A stretch of DNA of 56,357 nucleotides, the filler included, from Sluysia triapertura (lineage: Eukaryota), in assembly GCA_046118255.1 (NCBI GenBank). It is 4 parts of 4 records of this genome, joined end to end, with 100 filler letters (N's around TTAATTAATTAA, not from the genome) between each part and the next. Parts side by side here need not be neighbours in the genome. Positions count along the whole stretch, not along the records: positions 22,867 to 44,696 come from JBJNIA010242880.1; positions 44,797 to 56,357 come from JBJNIA010183413.1; 2 more parts are not named here. One strand, written 5' to 3'. Made by a program: the position numbers and the translations under genes. The first letter of the stretch is position 1, and each line of letters opens with the position of its first letter. The notes under the pieces are model-generated. The model had not been told where the DNA came from. It did no database searches and worked only from the letters and a program-made list of their open reading frames with translations. Shown piece after piece: positions 40,803 through 52,400 of this stretch.

Positions 40803-42282
40803 TTAAGAACAACTATAGTTATAGGTAGAATTGGATTTGAGATAATATATTCTTACAATTTTCATTGAGTGTGTTAATCTTTTGTTTATTATGATCTTAT
40901 AATTTTTCTTAATTCTTTCTTTGACGTAATATGAATTTAGTGGTACCTTAAAATTTATTTCAAAATTACTTACATCGTTTGGGCATGAATTTAGTATGTT
41001 AATATTAAAGTAATAAGCTATAATTAAACAACAACAATCATAAAGTTTTATTTTACAACTAAAAAGGTTAAATATGATTTTTAATTTAAAAACTGCTTTG
41101 ATAATGAATTTTGATTCCAAATTTCTAGCATCTGTTGTCCATCTTCTTTTTGTTGCATTTTTCGGACCCTACAGAACTGTTTGTTATCTAAATTATGATC
41201 ACATAAAATTAAAAACATAAAACTAACAAAATCGAATATAGTACATATTACTTTAACAAATTGGATCACTATACGTGTAATTTTATTTAACAATCTTACG
41301 TCTACGAAGTCACTTAGCTTAACCAAACCAAACAGAAATGGAACGTGATGTAGTATTGTGAATTGATAAACATAGTTTGTAGATCGTATCATCTTCTTCG
41401 TATATTTTAACCAAATTTTTAGTAGCGAGTATTTGTCTAGTACTAAAAGCATATTTTTGTTAATCAGAAAAGTATCTTCTGTAATTGTTTCAACTAAATT
41501 ATCGTATTCTATTCCGAGAAAGAGATTCATGGATATACTGTCGACAGTAATGTATCTTATTTCACGCCTATTCGTAATCACAGGGTTGATAGCTTCTGCA
41601 ATAACACTAATGTTTGACATCTGTTTGAGAAAATGAAAATTTAGTAGGACTCCTTCATAAATTATAGATAAAGAAAAATTTGTTGCAGTTGTGGTTAGAT
41701 TTATTTCAATAATGTTTAAAGCTGAATCGTTATAGCATCTTAAATCAATTGAAGATTCCAACGATAATCTAAAAACTAAAGAAAACAAAAATTGTTTTAG
41801 ATCTGATTTTATATATTGAATTCTTTTATCTTGAACTACTTTACAAGGATTTTTGGTATGTTTTATCATAAGACTAAATGAGAAATTATCTACTTCTGTA
41901 GTCATTAAATTTACGGCTAGACTAACTTTTCTCCATTCTTTACACTGGGAACATCGACACCAAATAAACAACGATTTATTAGAAATGAAATCATTAACCG
42001 AACTGTTATGATGTGACTTCGCAATCCATTCCTTTTTCGACTTCGTAACTTTCTGACACTGTATGTCAAAAATCAAAGATGGTGTTATTTTTCCGTACAA
42101 TTATTACAAATATGTTTACCATTTAAAAAATGATACCATTTTGGATTAGAATCAGAACATTCTTTGGTAAGATATAACAGACACATTGAATAGTTTGAAG
42201 AACATCTGTTTTCATTACATTGGTTAACTAATTTCTTTTTCATAAATTCTGCACCTTTGAAATTTCGAAGTAAATGATCCAT
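40803..42282 (-). pseudogene. KDM1B: Intronless KDM1B/LSD2-like N-terminal module (C4H2C2 zinc finger + zf-CW + probable degenerate SWIRM), no amine oxidase
   Basis: CNENRCSSNYSMC...EC...KWYHFLNGKHICNNC follows the remembered KDM1B C4H2C2 finger (RWYHLSCGEHFCNEC). KKEW...DFISNKSLFIWCRCSQCKEWRKV...NPCKVVQDKRI follows the CW finger. The two ORFs join if one base is added in the homopolymer run at ~42088-42092. No GxGxxG motif downstream. Confidence 0.75.
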
Positions 42283-42483
42283 ACTAAGGTTTTTGGTAAA
42301 TGAAAATTGAAATTTTTATCCTTTTCTCGTTTTTTTAAACTTTTTGTCTGACTTTCTTTTTTAAAATTTGTTTTTATTGTATCTGGCCAAATTTCTTTGC
42401 TGTCTGAAAAATTTTTTTGACAGTAAAACTTCTAATTGTGTCTATATTTTCTGACTATTCTTAATTGATACTATTTTTGTTTG

Positions 42484-42730
42484 CCCAATCAGAGTATTTG
42501 TGAGAGCTGTGGATATGTATACTCTGATTGGGTGCTGAATAAAATTAATTAAAAGTTGATTTTAAATTACTGACCGTCATCAGTAGTGTCACTCGAATGA
42601 CATTTTTTAATGGCGTTGGAAGTACTGATGACGGCAGCAACTATTTTAGTTAAATTAGAGAAAAATATAAAAATTAAAGTTTAATTAACAATAGTAATAA
42701 CAACAGCAATAATAATAATAACAACAATAA
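42484..42730. repeat. Hairpin/CCAAT block, copy B
   Basis: Inverted repeats CCCAATCAGAGTAT (42484-42497)/ATACTCTGATTGGG (42519-42532) and CCGTCATCAGTA (42574-42585)/TACTGATGACGG (42623-42634), then AAT/AAC microsatellite. Confidence 0.75.
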
Positions 42731-42870
42731 GATTACTGTTATTATTATTATTGTTAAGAAACAAAAAAATGGCATAAATCTTTGTAAAATCTTTATAAAA
42801 TCTTTAACACGATCTTATTCTGTCGAATTCTTCTATTCTACATATAAATGAAAAAATAAAAACAAAACAA

Positions 42871-42944
42871 TGTCGTATTGTGAAGGAACAACAATAACTA
42901 AGTATATAATGTATCATTTGTGGTTGTTGCTTCACAGTATGATA
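42871..42944 (+). ncRNA. Pre-miRNA-like hairpin (candidate)
   Basis: 27-position unbulged stem: 21 Watson-Crick, 4 G-U, 2 mismatches; 20-nt loop. Confidence 0.3.
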
Positions 42945-45349
42945 ATGAAACCTTTAAAGTTATCTTAAATCTGTTTTTGAGAGATGTAATGATTTAGGTT
43001 GTAAGTGAAATGAAGAATGTTAGAATGATTTATTGAAACTTGTTGAAGATTTATAATTTGAAAACAAGATTTATGCGTTGGATAGAATGGTTTGAAATGC
43101 TTAATGAAAGGTTGAAGTTATTTTAATTTGAATGACGATTACAAAATAAATCTTAGTATATTATAATGCCATTACGAGTAATTGTTGATATTGAATATGT
43201 GTATATGAAATGGGTTTAAGTTGATGTAGTTGATTGAAGGTTTTGATGTAAATGATCTATGTTTCTGAGGTATTTGTTAGGGTTGTTGAATAATGCTATT
43301 GTGCTTATAGTTTGTATACTTTGTTTTGTGATTGTGGTTTGGTTGTTGAAATATCTTGTGAATGAGTGTTGTAAATTATTCGAGATTAAATATCAGAGTT
43401 TGTTATTTTATAGGTGGTTGAAATATTAGTTGAATTGTTGATGTGTGAGTTGATGAGGTGTTGTGATTATCGAATGTTATTTTATGATGTTTGCGTTGGT
43501 GTAGTTCATAGTAAAAAGTGTGATTATTTTGAAAGTTGAATTTTAGTGAAATTTAATTTGTGAATAATGAACAAGGAATTTTGACTAATTTTTTGAGTTA
43601 TGAGTGTTGGTCACTACAATAATACTAACCTCCTGATTCTCTCAAGTTATTAGCAAAAGATCTAGAATAAAACTAAAATAAATAATTATTAAGATCTGTT
43701 AATACTAAATTGATATAAAAACAACTTATGAAACATAAAAACTTATGATTATAAAAATACGACAGTGGAGTTCTACGATATATTACAAAAATTAACATTA
43801 TTATTTCCAAGAAATTAAGGTTAACGTCAGAGTTTACAAATTTTTTTGAAAACATTAAAGCATTCCATATATAAGGCGACAAAGCAATTGTAGCAATTCT
43901 TATTAACAGATACCAAACTAGCTTAAGAAGATTTAGTCAATTGATTCCTAAACGACAAGATATTTAGAGCATTTTATTAGTAGTTCTTGGTCATTATTAA
44001 CGAATAATTTTGGTTATCCGTGATCAATCGTAAGTTAATTGATCATAAGTTAATTTTTTTAACTGAAAAATAAATTATAGACTTAGTCTTATTAAAATTT
44101 ATTCTAGGTTAATCTAGATATAATAATATTAATTTAACATTTATAAAAAAATTTAGAAATTTTAATAACAATATTTTACAACTTGACAATTATAATTTTT
44201 CTAAAAGACCAATATCTTTTGATTGTTCATTGTATAGAATTTTGCTTAAAGGTTATAAAGATAGTCAATTGACTCAGTAAGTTATGATGCGATGGTATCA
44301 TACAAATGAAATGCTATGCCTGACACAGTGCAACAATAAGATAGATTTACTGTCTTGTGGAGGCATTATTTCGTAACTGTACATTAGAAAGCTAGTATTT
44401 TACGGTACAGAAGTAATTTGTTAATTACAAGAAATTATTATCAAGTTAGAAAGTCCTACTAAGAGATGCAGCAAAGATGTATTGCCTCCAAGTATAAATA
44501 AGTATAAATGAAGCTGCTTTTAAAACTCTAAAGAAATCTGCAGAAATGTTTCGAATACAAAAGTGCATGTTAGATGTTGAAATACTGACGATATTTGTGG
44601 TAATAATCAAGCTCAAAATATGATCTATTATCGAGGACTTTTCACTACTTAATGATTTTATTGATCTAGCACATATTTATAAACTACTAAATTGGTNNNN
44701 NNNNNNNNNNNNNNNNNNNNNNNNNNNNNNNNNNNNNNNNTTAATTAATTAANNNNNNNNNNNNNNNNNNNNNNNNNNNNNNNNNNNNNNNNNNNNTATT
44801 AATCGGAACATTCATGAATCTTTTTTTCGAAACGCAAAGCTAGATCTTTTATAAAGAGAAATTAGAGCTGCAATAAAAATCATCAATAAGGTGCATCAAT
44901 TTTTCATTATTGAATCTGTCTTTTTTGTTGCGATATGAATTAATTTATTTAATCTAATACTGTGGTACAAATTTTTCGCACATTGAAAACGAAGATGATG
45001 GAGAATAATACTATTTAGTAAACAGCTTATAATCAAATGTTTTAATAATATAACATCGACTGAAAGAGGAGATACTAATTTTAATTTCTTTAAAATTGGA
45101 TTAACAATCTAGAAATAATTGTCACCAATTCTTGAATACGAGAAATACAATGTTTTACAATTTCCAATTGAGATTAAACAATTTTAGCAAAATTATCTTC
45201 AAATTCTTTGGAAAAACAAATTCCGAAAATGAAATTAAAATAATCATGATTTTATTAAATAAAAATTGATAAATTTCTGATTGTTTTTATAGTATATAAT
45301 AAATTATTAACCTAAATGTACCAAAAGTACCATAAAAAGTTGAAATTGT

Positions 45350-45700
45350 CGTCATAAAATGATAAAGTAACCTAAGAAATAACAACAAAAATTTCGAGAA
45401 AATCACGAAATTACAGTTTGTAAGGAGTGTTTACGAAACCATTTTGATGTCATATTGTTTGCATTAATGGATAACAAACATCAAAGAAAATAAAAGCGAG
45501 ACACAATTACGTGCAACAACTTTTGGAGTACCAGGAAAATAACACACCTATATAATTTATATGGATGAGACCTACTTCAATTTACTTATAACAAGAAAGA
45601 AAGGAGTTGCCACACAAGTGCTTCTGCTGGATGCAAAAGAGGAAATTTACATGTTATTGGTCAAGTTTATAAACTGATATTAAATGAAATCTAGCCACTC
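45350..45700 (+). mobile_element. Decayed IS630/Tc1/mariner-superfamily transposase fragment
   Basis: First catalytic motif YIIYMDETYFNL at ~45550-45585; surrounding frames are broken. Confidence 0.4.
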
Positions 45701-45749
45701 AAATACAATAAATTTTAACCAATGAAGTCAATATTACAAAGTGAAATTG

Positions 45750-48550
45750 CTTAATCTCAATTTGAATAAAATCATTAAATTATTGGACTGCAAAAGATTG
45801 ATTTAGATCCTGACCTGCGAAATTTCGAATCGCATAATTTAATACCGACTGCTTTATCCAAACCATCGAGCTTGACCACAACTTGCTGTTACCCGATTCG
45901 ATTTGACTTGGTTGTTGCTGGTCAACAAACTAAATAATTTTAAAGTTCATTGTTTTAAAGGTATATTGTTCTTTCGTATCTTGAAATGTCTCCAGTTCAT
46001 CTTGATAAATTTCATCATTTTAAATTTAATTGAAGCCAAAGTTTCCCAGGTTTTCACTCTAATTTTGATAATTTTGGCGATTCAGGATCTGAAGCCATAT
46101 GATCAATCTAGTAAAAAAACTTAAAGTAAAATTATTGTCATTGTGGAGGGCATTAAATAATTTAATTTATTTAAATAATTATTATTTTTGTGTTTTTTTA
46201 ATTTTTTATTAAAAAAGTTTAAAACACTAATTAAGTAAAGACAATTTAACTTTAATTTAAAAACTTTTAACAAAATATGATTAAGGCCTGTCAAAATTAA
46301 CAAATTAAAATCAGTAACAAAGTTTAATATTTTGTTAGAAATAAAAGATAACAAGTGAAGAACAGATACAGACATACTGAATGATAAAACAGCTCTATTC
46401 GTAAATGAACATCCATAAATATGACATGAAATTGTATCAAAATAAATAATACATGATAGAAACGCTATACGAACTGAATTAGTATCTTTATAAAATAACT
46501 GCATTTGAAAATAGTCCCATAATAGAAATGAATACATTAAATTTAATACAGTATAAAATATTACAGAATTGTTTAATATCTTACACCTATGTAAAAAATT
46601 TCTCTGGAATTTGAGAATTAATACAATCAGTTTTTGATTTACATCCAAATTTACAACCAATTTCACCATTTTGTGGATTTCCTAACAAATAATCTCCAAT
46701 ACATTTTCGATAAACTTTTAAATTTTCATCGTATGCATAACGTGGTTTTACAGATCTAATTGATCTCTCATAAGCGGTATAATAAAATTTGTTTTAATAT
46801 TCTCAAAATTAATATCCCTTCGCATAATTTCAGAATAATGAAAATGAATTTTTGGAATACCTGAAATATCGAGTATTATGTTTTCATCTTTCATATATGA
46901 TTCATGTTTACATAACTTTTGCTTATTAATATAGCAAGTTATAAAATATAATAAGCAGAAATTAACAGCAATTGCAATTAGCATGGTTTACAAATCTGAT
47001 TATATTTTTTGGTAAATTTATATCTTTTATTATTAATATTATCAAATGCTCGAAATCTGTCATTATTGGACCTTACTGGCTTGAATGAACCTTCAGACGT
47101 ATGATCATCATAATCATATTCCCATTATCAATTTCTTCATTTGATGAAGTACAACGATGACTATGTGAATGGACGATGACGGTCATTAAATTTTGAATCT
47201 CTTTGATGTCGATTATATTTCGCTGATAAGTATTCGTATGGTTTAAATCGATATTTTTTTGATATCATTAACTGGATGTCGATTTTGTTTGTAACATTTA
47301 TCGTAATAAGGATTGTTTTGATTTTCATTGTTTTTAATTTCATTTTACTTTATAACCCTATATTTTCATGAGTGTGATGCTTTTTTTGGTTGACTTTTTT
47401 TTTGTTAACTAAATCATTTGCTAATAAATCTTTACAACGACCTCCAATTCATCAAGCACATGATTTTTAAATCCTGTAGATCATTGGTGGATTCCATTAT
47501 ATGTTTAATTCTTTCCATTTATGATGGGCGGCTGGGTGATGTATTTTCATATATTATAATTGTCAGAGGTACAAATTTTGGAAATTTTTGATACTAAAAT
47601 TTGTCGATAAAGGGGATTTAATAATCATTTGATTTCATACATATAACACGATTAATGTGATATGTAGCACGATTAAGATTCTGCTTCATTTTTTTAAATT
47701 TCTTAAATGGTTTACATTTGCCTCAAAAAGGTGAAATTTTCCTTGGAGCACTTTTTCTTTTCGTAACTCTCCATGGTGACACAGAGTAACAGTGACGTTG
47801 ATTAAGAAAGCGACTTGTACATGATCGAATTTTTCTAGGTATGCTACATCTCCGCCACGAACACGACAAATCACAATCACTTGAAACAGCTCTTCATAGA
47901 TTGATTGCACTATCACGAAAACGGGGAATATTTCATTTATTCATATAATATGCTCCCGAACTTCCTGAAGCCATTGTTAATTTATTTTCTGTACAAAATG
48001 TTAATTTCGGTGATATTCCCTTGATATGGCTTAACCGGTGTAAGTGTGTTACTACTAGAACAAGAATTTTTGGATGAACTAGATAAAGAATTCTTTTCGA
48101 ATGCATTTGTTGAATAATATTCATTGGACGAAATTTTTTTTGATAATTTTGATCCAAGCGTTTTCGTACGTGTTAAAATGAAAATGGTACTGTGATAAAC
48201 ATTTCCATTTTTATGGATTCTATATCATCTTTAATAACTTACGTACGATACTTCGTGAATATTAGAATAGACTTTTAGCAGTTGAAATACTTTTATCGGT
48301 CACTGAAGAAGTTGATCTAGACGAAGTAGTAGTTGTTGTAGTGGTTTTAACTGATGAAAATATCTCTTCAATCGATTTATCACTATTTTTATCTGTTGTG
48401 CCTTTAGATGTCGAAATTTCCTTTTGAATTGATAATACTTCCGGTTTTCTGAGTTAATATTAATTGTTCCTTGTTCTTTTGAATAAGACAATTCATCAAC
48501 AATAATCTCTTCAATTTTACTGGCTTCAGATTCAGTTTTCGAATGTTTTT
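45750..48550 (-). pseudogene. Decayed intronless ORF region(s) of unknown identity, with a Cys-rich patch
   Basis: Chain of minus-strand ORF fragments (48491-48300, 48157-47933, 47916-47686, 47343-47161, 46984-46748, 46669-46121). An alternative frame reads GCKFGCKSKTDCINSQ at ~46610-46658. Confidence 0.35.
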
Positions 48551-50037
48551 ACTATTATGTGAGACAGTTCGATTGAAATGTTGGAGTTGTTAAAAGATCA
48601 AATTATATAACAGATACTAAATATATACTTTATAGATTGACACTTATATAAATATATATAAAATGGAAAAAATGAAATGATAAGAAGAAAGATTGATAAT
48701 AAGGATAAAAGAAATAATAATGATAACAATAACGTAGTTATTATGTTTATTTATACTGAATTGTTGATCTTGATATGAAATTTTATTATGAAATTTATTA
48801 TTTGATAATCATATTATATAACAATGACAATAATTATTATATGCATATTGTTTAATACGATTTAAATTGTAATAATAATAGCTGTAGTTCGTGATAATTA
48901 TGCGCGATGATTTTGATTGTTTTTTGAATGAGTTTATTAGTTTGTTTAATGATCTGTGTACATGTGAAATGTTTTTATGTGTTGAAGTGTGATGAAGTCA
49001 TAATTTATCCTAATCATAAAATATCTGAAACAGAAGCGATTAAATTTTTGTAAAACTGAAAAAGACTAATATAACTTTTAATTTTAGCATAATAAGTAGG
49101 CTCATATTGAATAAAGAATCTGTTAGATTGTATTCTCTTTCTACATAAGTGATTTGGTTAACATGATTCACACGTTATATGCAACATAGAGTAACGAATC
49201 TACATAGTTAAATATGATTTGCATAGATTATTTCTACTTATTTATTTTGATTATACAGTACTGGAATATATTTAAGATTGTAAGACTTTCTTACAAATTT
49301 TCCATTTTCCAAAGTCCATTATAAATTGATAGTATATTCTATTGTGTTTATAGTTAATTAAAGATAACCTTTGAACTAATACGTTATAAAATTTAATTCA
49401 TATATTTTATTAATAGTGTGAGGTTATAAAAATAATATAAAATATTATACATTTTTTATTTTATTAGCAAGTTTCTTAATAATTTCAAATTTGGCTTTTC
49501 CAAAATAACAATTTACTTTTTCCGATGAGTCTTACATTACGTGGCAGTAAATACCTAGAGACTACTTTTAGATAATATAAATTCTACGACATACCAGTAG
49601 TAAGGAAATGTGAAAACTAAATAATTACACAACAAAGTAAAACTAATTATCAATGTACAACGTTTGTTTGCATTTGTTTAAATGTTTAAAATAAGAATTA
49701 AGAGCTAAATTTTTAATTAATATTAATTTTCAATTAATAAGTATAGTATTATTTTGTAGGTTTTTGTTAGTCTCTTTTAGTGTGTGCAATTCAAAATGAA
49801 TGAAACTACGAAAACATGTTTGATTAAGTTATTCTCGATTGAAAAATTAAAAACACATATGTATATCACTCAAAATCCACAAAAATAAATAATAAATAAA
49901 AATAAATTATTAAATTAAAAATTTTTAATAATGTGTAAGTTATGTGAACCTTAAATTAACAAATAAAACATTAAGAAACTTAATTAAAATTACAATATCC
50001 AAAATCAAAATTATTATTATTTCAATTTGTCATCTAG

Positions 50038-50382
50038 ATCACATTTCACCAGCCGGATCTATTTCTCGAACGAGTGAAGCTGCACGTTATCTTTTGGAAC
50101 AAGGATTAATTCCTCGAGATTTTAATAGTTATGGTTCTCGTCGTGGAAACGATGAAGTGATGGCCCGTGGCACTTTTGCTAATGCTCGACTTCATAATAA
50201 ACTGGTGAATGTTGCTGGAGATCGAACTTTGTATATGACACATACTCCTGAATTGGATGTAGAGTGTCAAGAGATGAGTGTTTATGAGTGTGCTCAAAAA
50301 TACAAAAATGAAGGTGTACAAGTGATCATACTGGCCGGTAAAGAATATGGTTCTGGATCCAGTCGAGATTGGGCAGCTAAAG
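50038..50382 (+). CDS. ACO1: Cytosolic aconitase / iron regulatory protein, penultimate exon
   Basis: (D)HISPAGSI...[24 protein letters not shown]...[17 protein letters not shown]; ctag acceptor and phase-1 donor G|gtaggt. Confidence 0.97.
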
Positions 50383-50982
50383 GTAGGTTTATTTATATTT
50401 ATTAAGTAGTTGTACAAATACATCTAAAAATATGGTATAAATTTTACATTGGCACAAATGTAATAGTTTAAACTTTATAGATAATTATTCGGAATTAATT
50501 AAGTAACTTTTACGGAAAACTGATAAAAAAGAAACTGTTCAATTTATGGAAGAATGATTTCCCAGCCAAAAATGACTATATATAATTGGATGTGCGAATT
50601 TCAATCAAGTAACTTAGTAACAAAGTAATTTAGCGTAAATAGAAATTATATTGAAAAGTAAACACTTTATATTCTCATTATTATAAGTGTAAAATTTGAT
50701 TCTTGTTATTTTAATACGCAAGTCTGAATACTGTGAGCCTCATTCATATATTTAATTTATTCATTATATAATAGGACCTTGTTAAAATTCTTTCTTTTGA
50801 TGATAGTTTCTTGTTCAGGTATTATATTCAAGTGAATGTGCATAAATATTGAGCTATTTAGGCTTAGAATAGACTGAGTTTTATCGAAAATAATGTTAAT
50901 CAAGTAAGCACTAAATGAGGTCTTACTGTATATATGTTTTTATTAATTTTATAGAAATTTATTTAGAATATTAATTTATTAG

Positions 50983-51329
50983 GTCCATATTTGTTGGGTG
51001 TTCGAGCAGTAATCGCAGAAAGTTTCGAAAGAATCCATCGTAGCAATTTGGTGGGTATGGGTATACTACCACTTCAATTTTCTCAACCAGATACCAATGC
51101 TGATTCTTTAGGTTTGACTGGTCATGAATTATTTACGTTGTACGATAAAAACGGAACTCCTTTAAACAATTTGTGCAGTTTGGTGCCTAGACAACAGTTG
51201 TTGATGATAACTGATACATATGTTAAGTTTGAAGTTACTTGTCGCTTAGATACCGAAGTCGAAATTGCGTATTATCGAAATGGTGGTATTTTACGATTTA
51301 TGTTACGAAAATTAATAAATAGTAAATAG
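50983..51329 (+). CDS. ACO1: Cytosolic aconitase / iron regulatory protein, last exon
   Basis: ttag|GT CCA TAT: [33 protein letters not shown]...[24 protein letters not shown]; phase matches the previous exon. Confidence 0.97.
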
Positions 51330-51454
51330 AATTTTTAGTAAATTCAATGGAATTTTAATTAATATATTTTTAGTTATTTATTTACATGTAGTATGCTTTT
51401 ATGATTTTACATTGGATTTAAATTTTTATGTGGTACCTTTTGTACATTTAGGTT

Positions 51455-52400
51455 AATTGATTATCAAGTCGTCACGGATGAAATGCGTAGAAAAAAGGCA
51501 AAGTTGGTTGATAACCTACAAATTTAAAGAATTGTTTTATTCATCAAAGTATGTATGCATCCATAATATATATACAATTTTGCCACATAAGCGGCAGGTT
51601 GTTCAGGCTAGTGGTATAAAACCGTGGATGAGAGTCAGTGAATTATACTGTAATGTCGGAATTAAATTGTTTTCCTATTGTCCAACTTACGGAAGAAGTG
51701 GTAGTCATTGGGACTAAGTCTAGTGGGTATGGAGGATGATGAAGTTTCATCTCGAATGCCTGTAGTTTTGTCACATTCGTTTGTGCAGTATTCTAATGTT
51801 ATCATGAAATATGGTAGGATTTGATCTGTTACTCATTAAGATTTTGCATCGTTCGTCCAATCTGTTACAGTATATTTCTGGTGTGATCATACCTAAACTC
51901 ACCATCAGCTTCTTTTGATAAATATTGTTCTTTGGAGTATTTTGATTCATCCTTTTCTAACGATTGTGCTGAAAAGTAATTGAATCCATTTTTCATCACA
52001 AGAGATAATTCGATTCGAAAATGGGTTAGACTTTTGATAAGAAAGCTTCCAAACGTTTTTGTTTCTGTTTTTCATTCAGTTCACACAGAACCACTTATCC
52101 AACCTTTTCACTTAAGTAATGCGAGCTAAATGAGAATATTGTGTATTTGCAACACCAAACTTTAACGATAATTCGTACGCACTCTAAGATGGATTTTACT
52201 CAGCGGTGACCTTTAATTCATCATTATTGACCGATGATTCGAGTAACCGCGTAGATCATTTGTGAAGTCAAACTTTGGCAAACAAATTTGATACTGTTTT
52301 CTGCGCAATAACACTAGAGTCAAATATGCTATTAATGTTTCACGGGTTCTGCATGAACTCACTTCGACAAAATTAATTAATTAATATTTCAATGATTTCC
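51455..52400 (-). mobile_element. Decayed mariner (DD34D) transposon
   Basis: Minus strand RLDKW (~52100), NRIISCDEKWI (~52000), IFHDN (~51805), HPPYPLDL..DYHFFRKLDN (~51680-51740), LPLMWQNC, YFDE* (~51540). Confidence 0.9.

Noticed and set aside
42620-42660. Hammerhead ribozyme core CTGATGA
   Set aside because: No stem II followed by GAAA, and copy A has CTGATAG instead.
48559-48571. GTGAGACAGTTCG, a conserved LSU rRNA word
   Set aside because: Isolated 13-mer with no flanking rRNA similarity.
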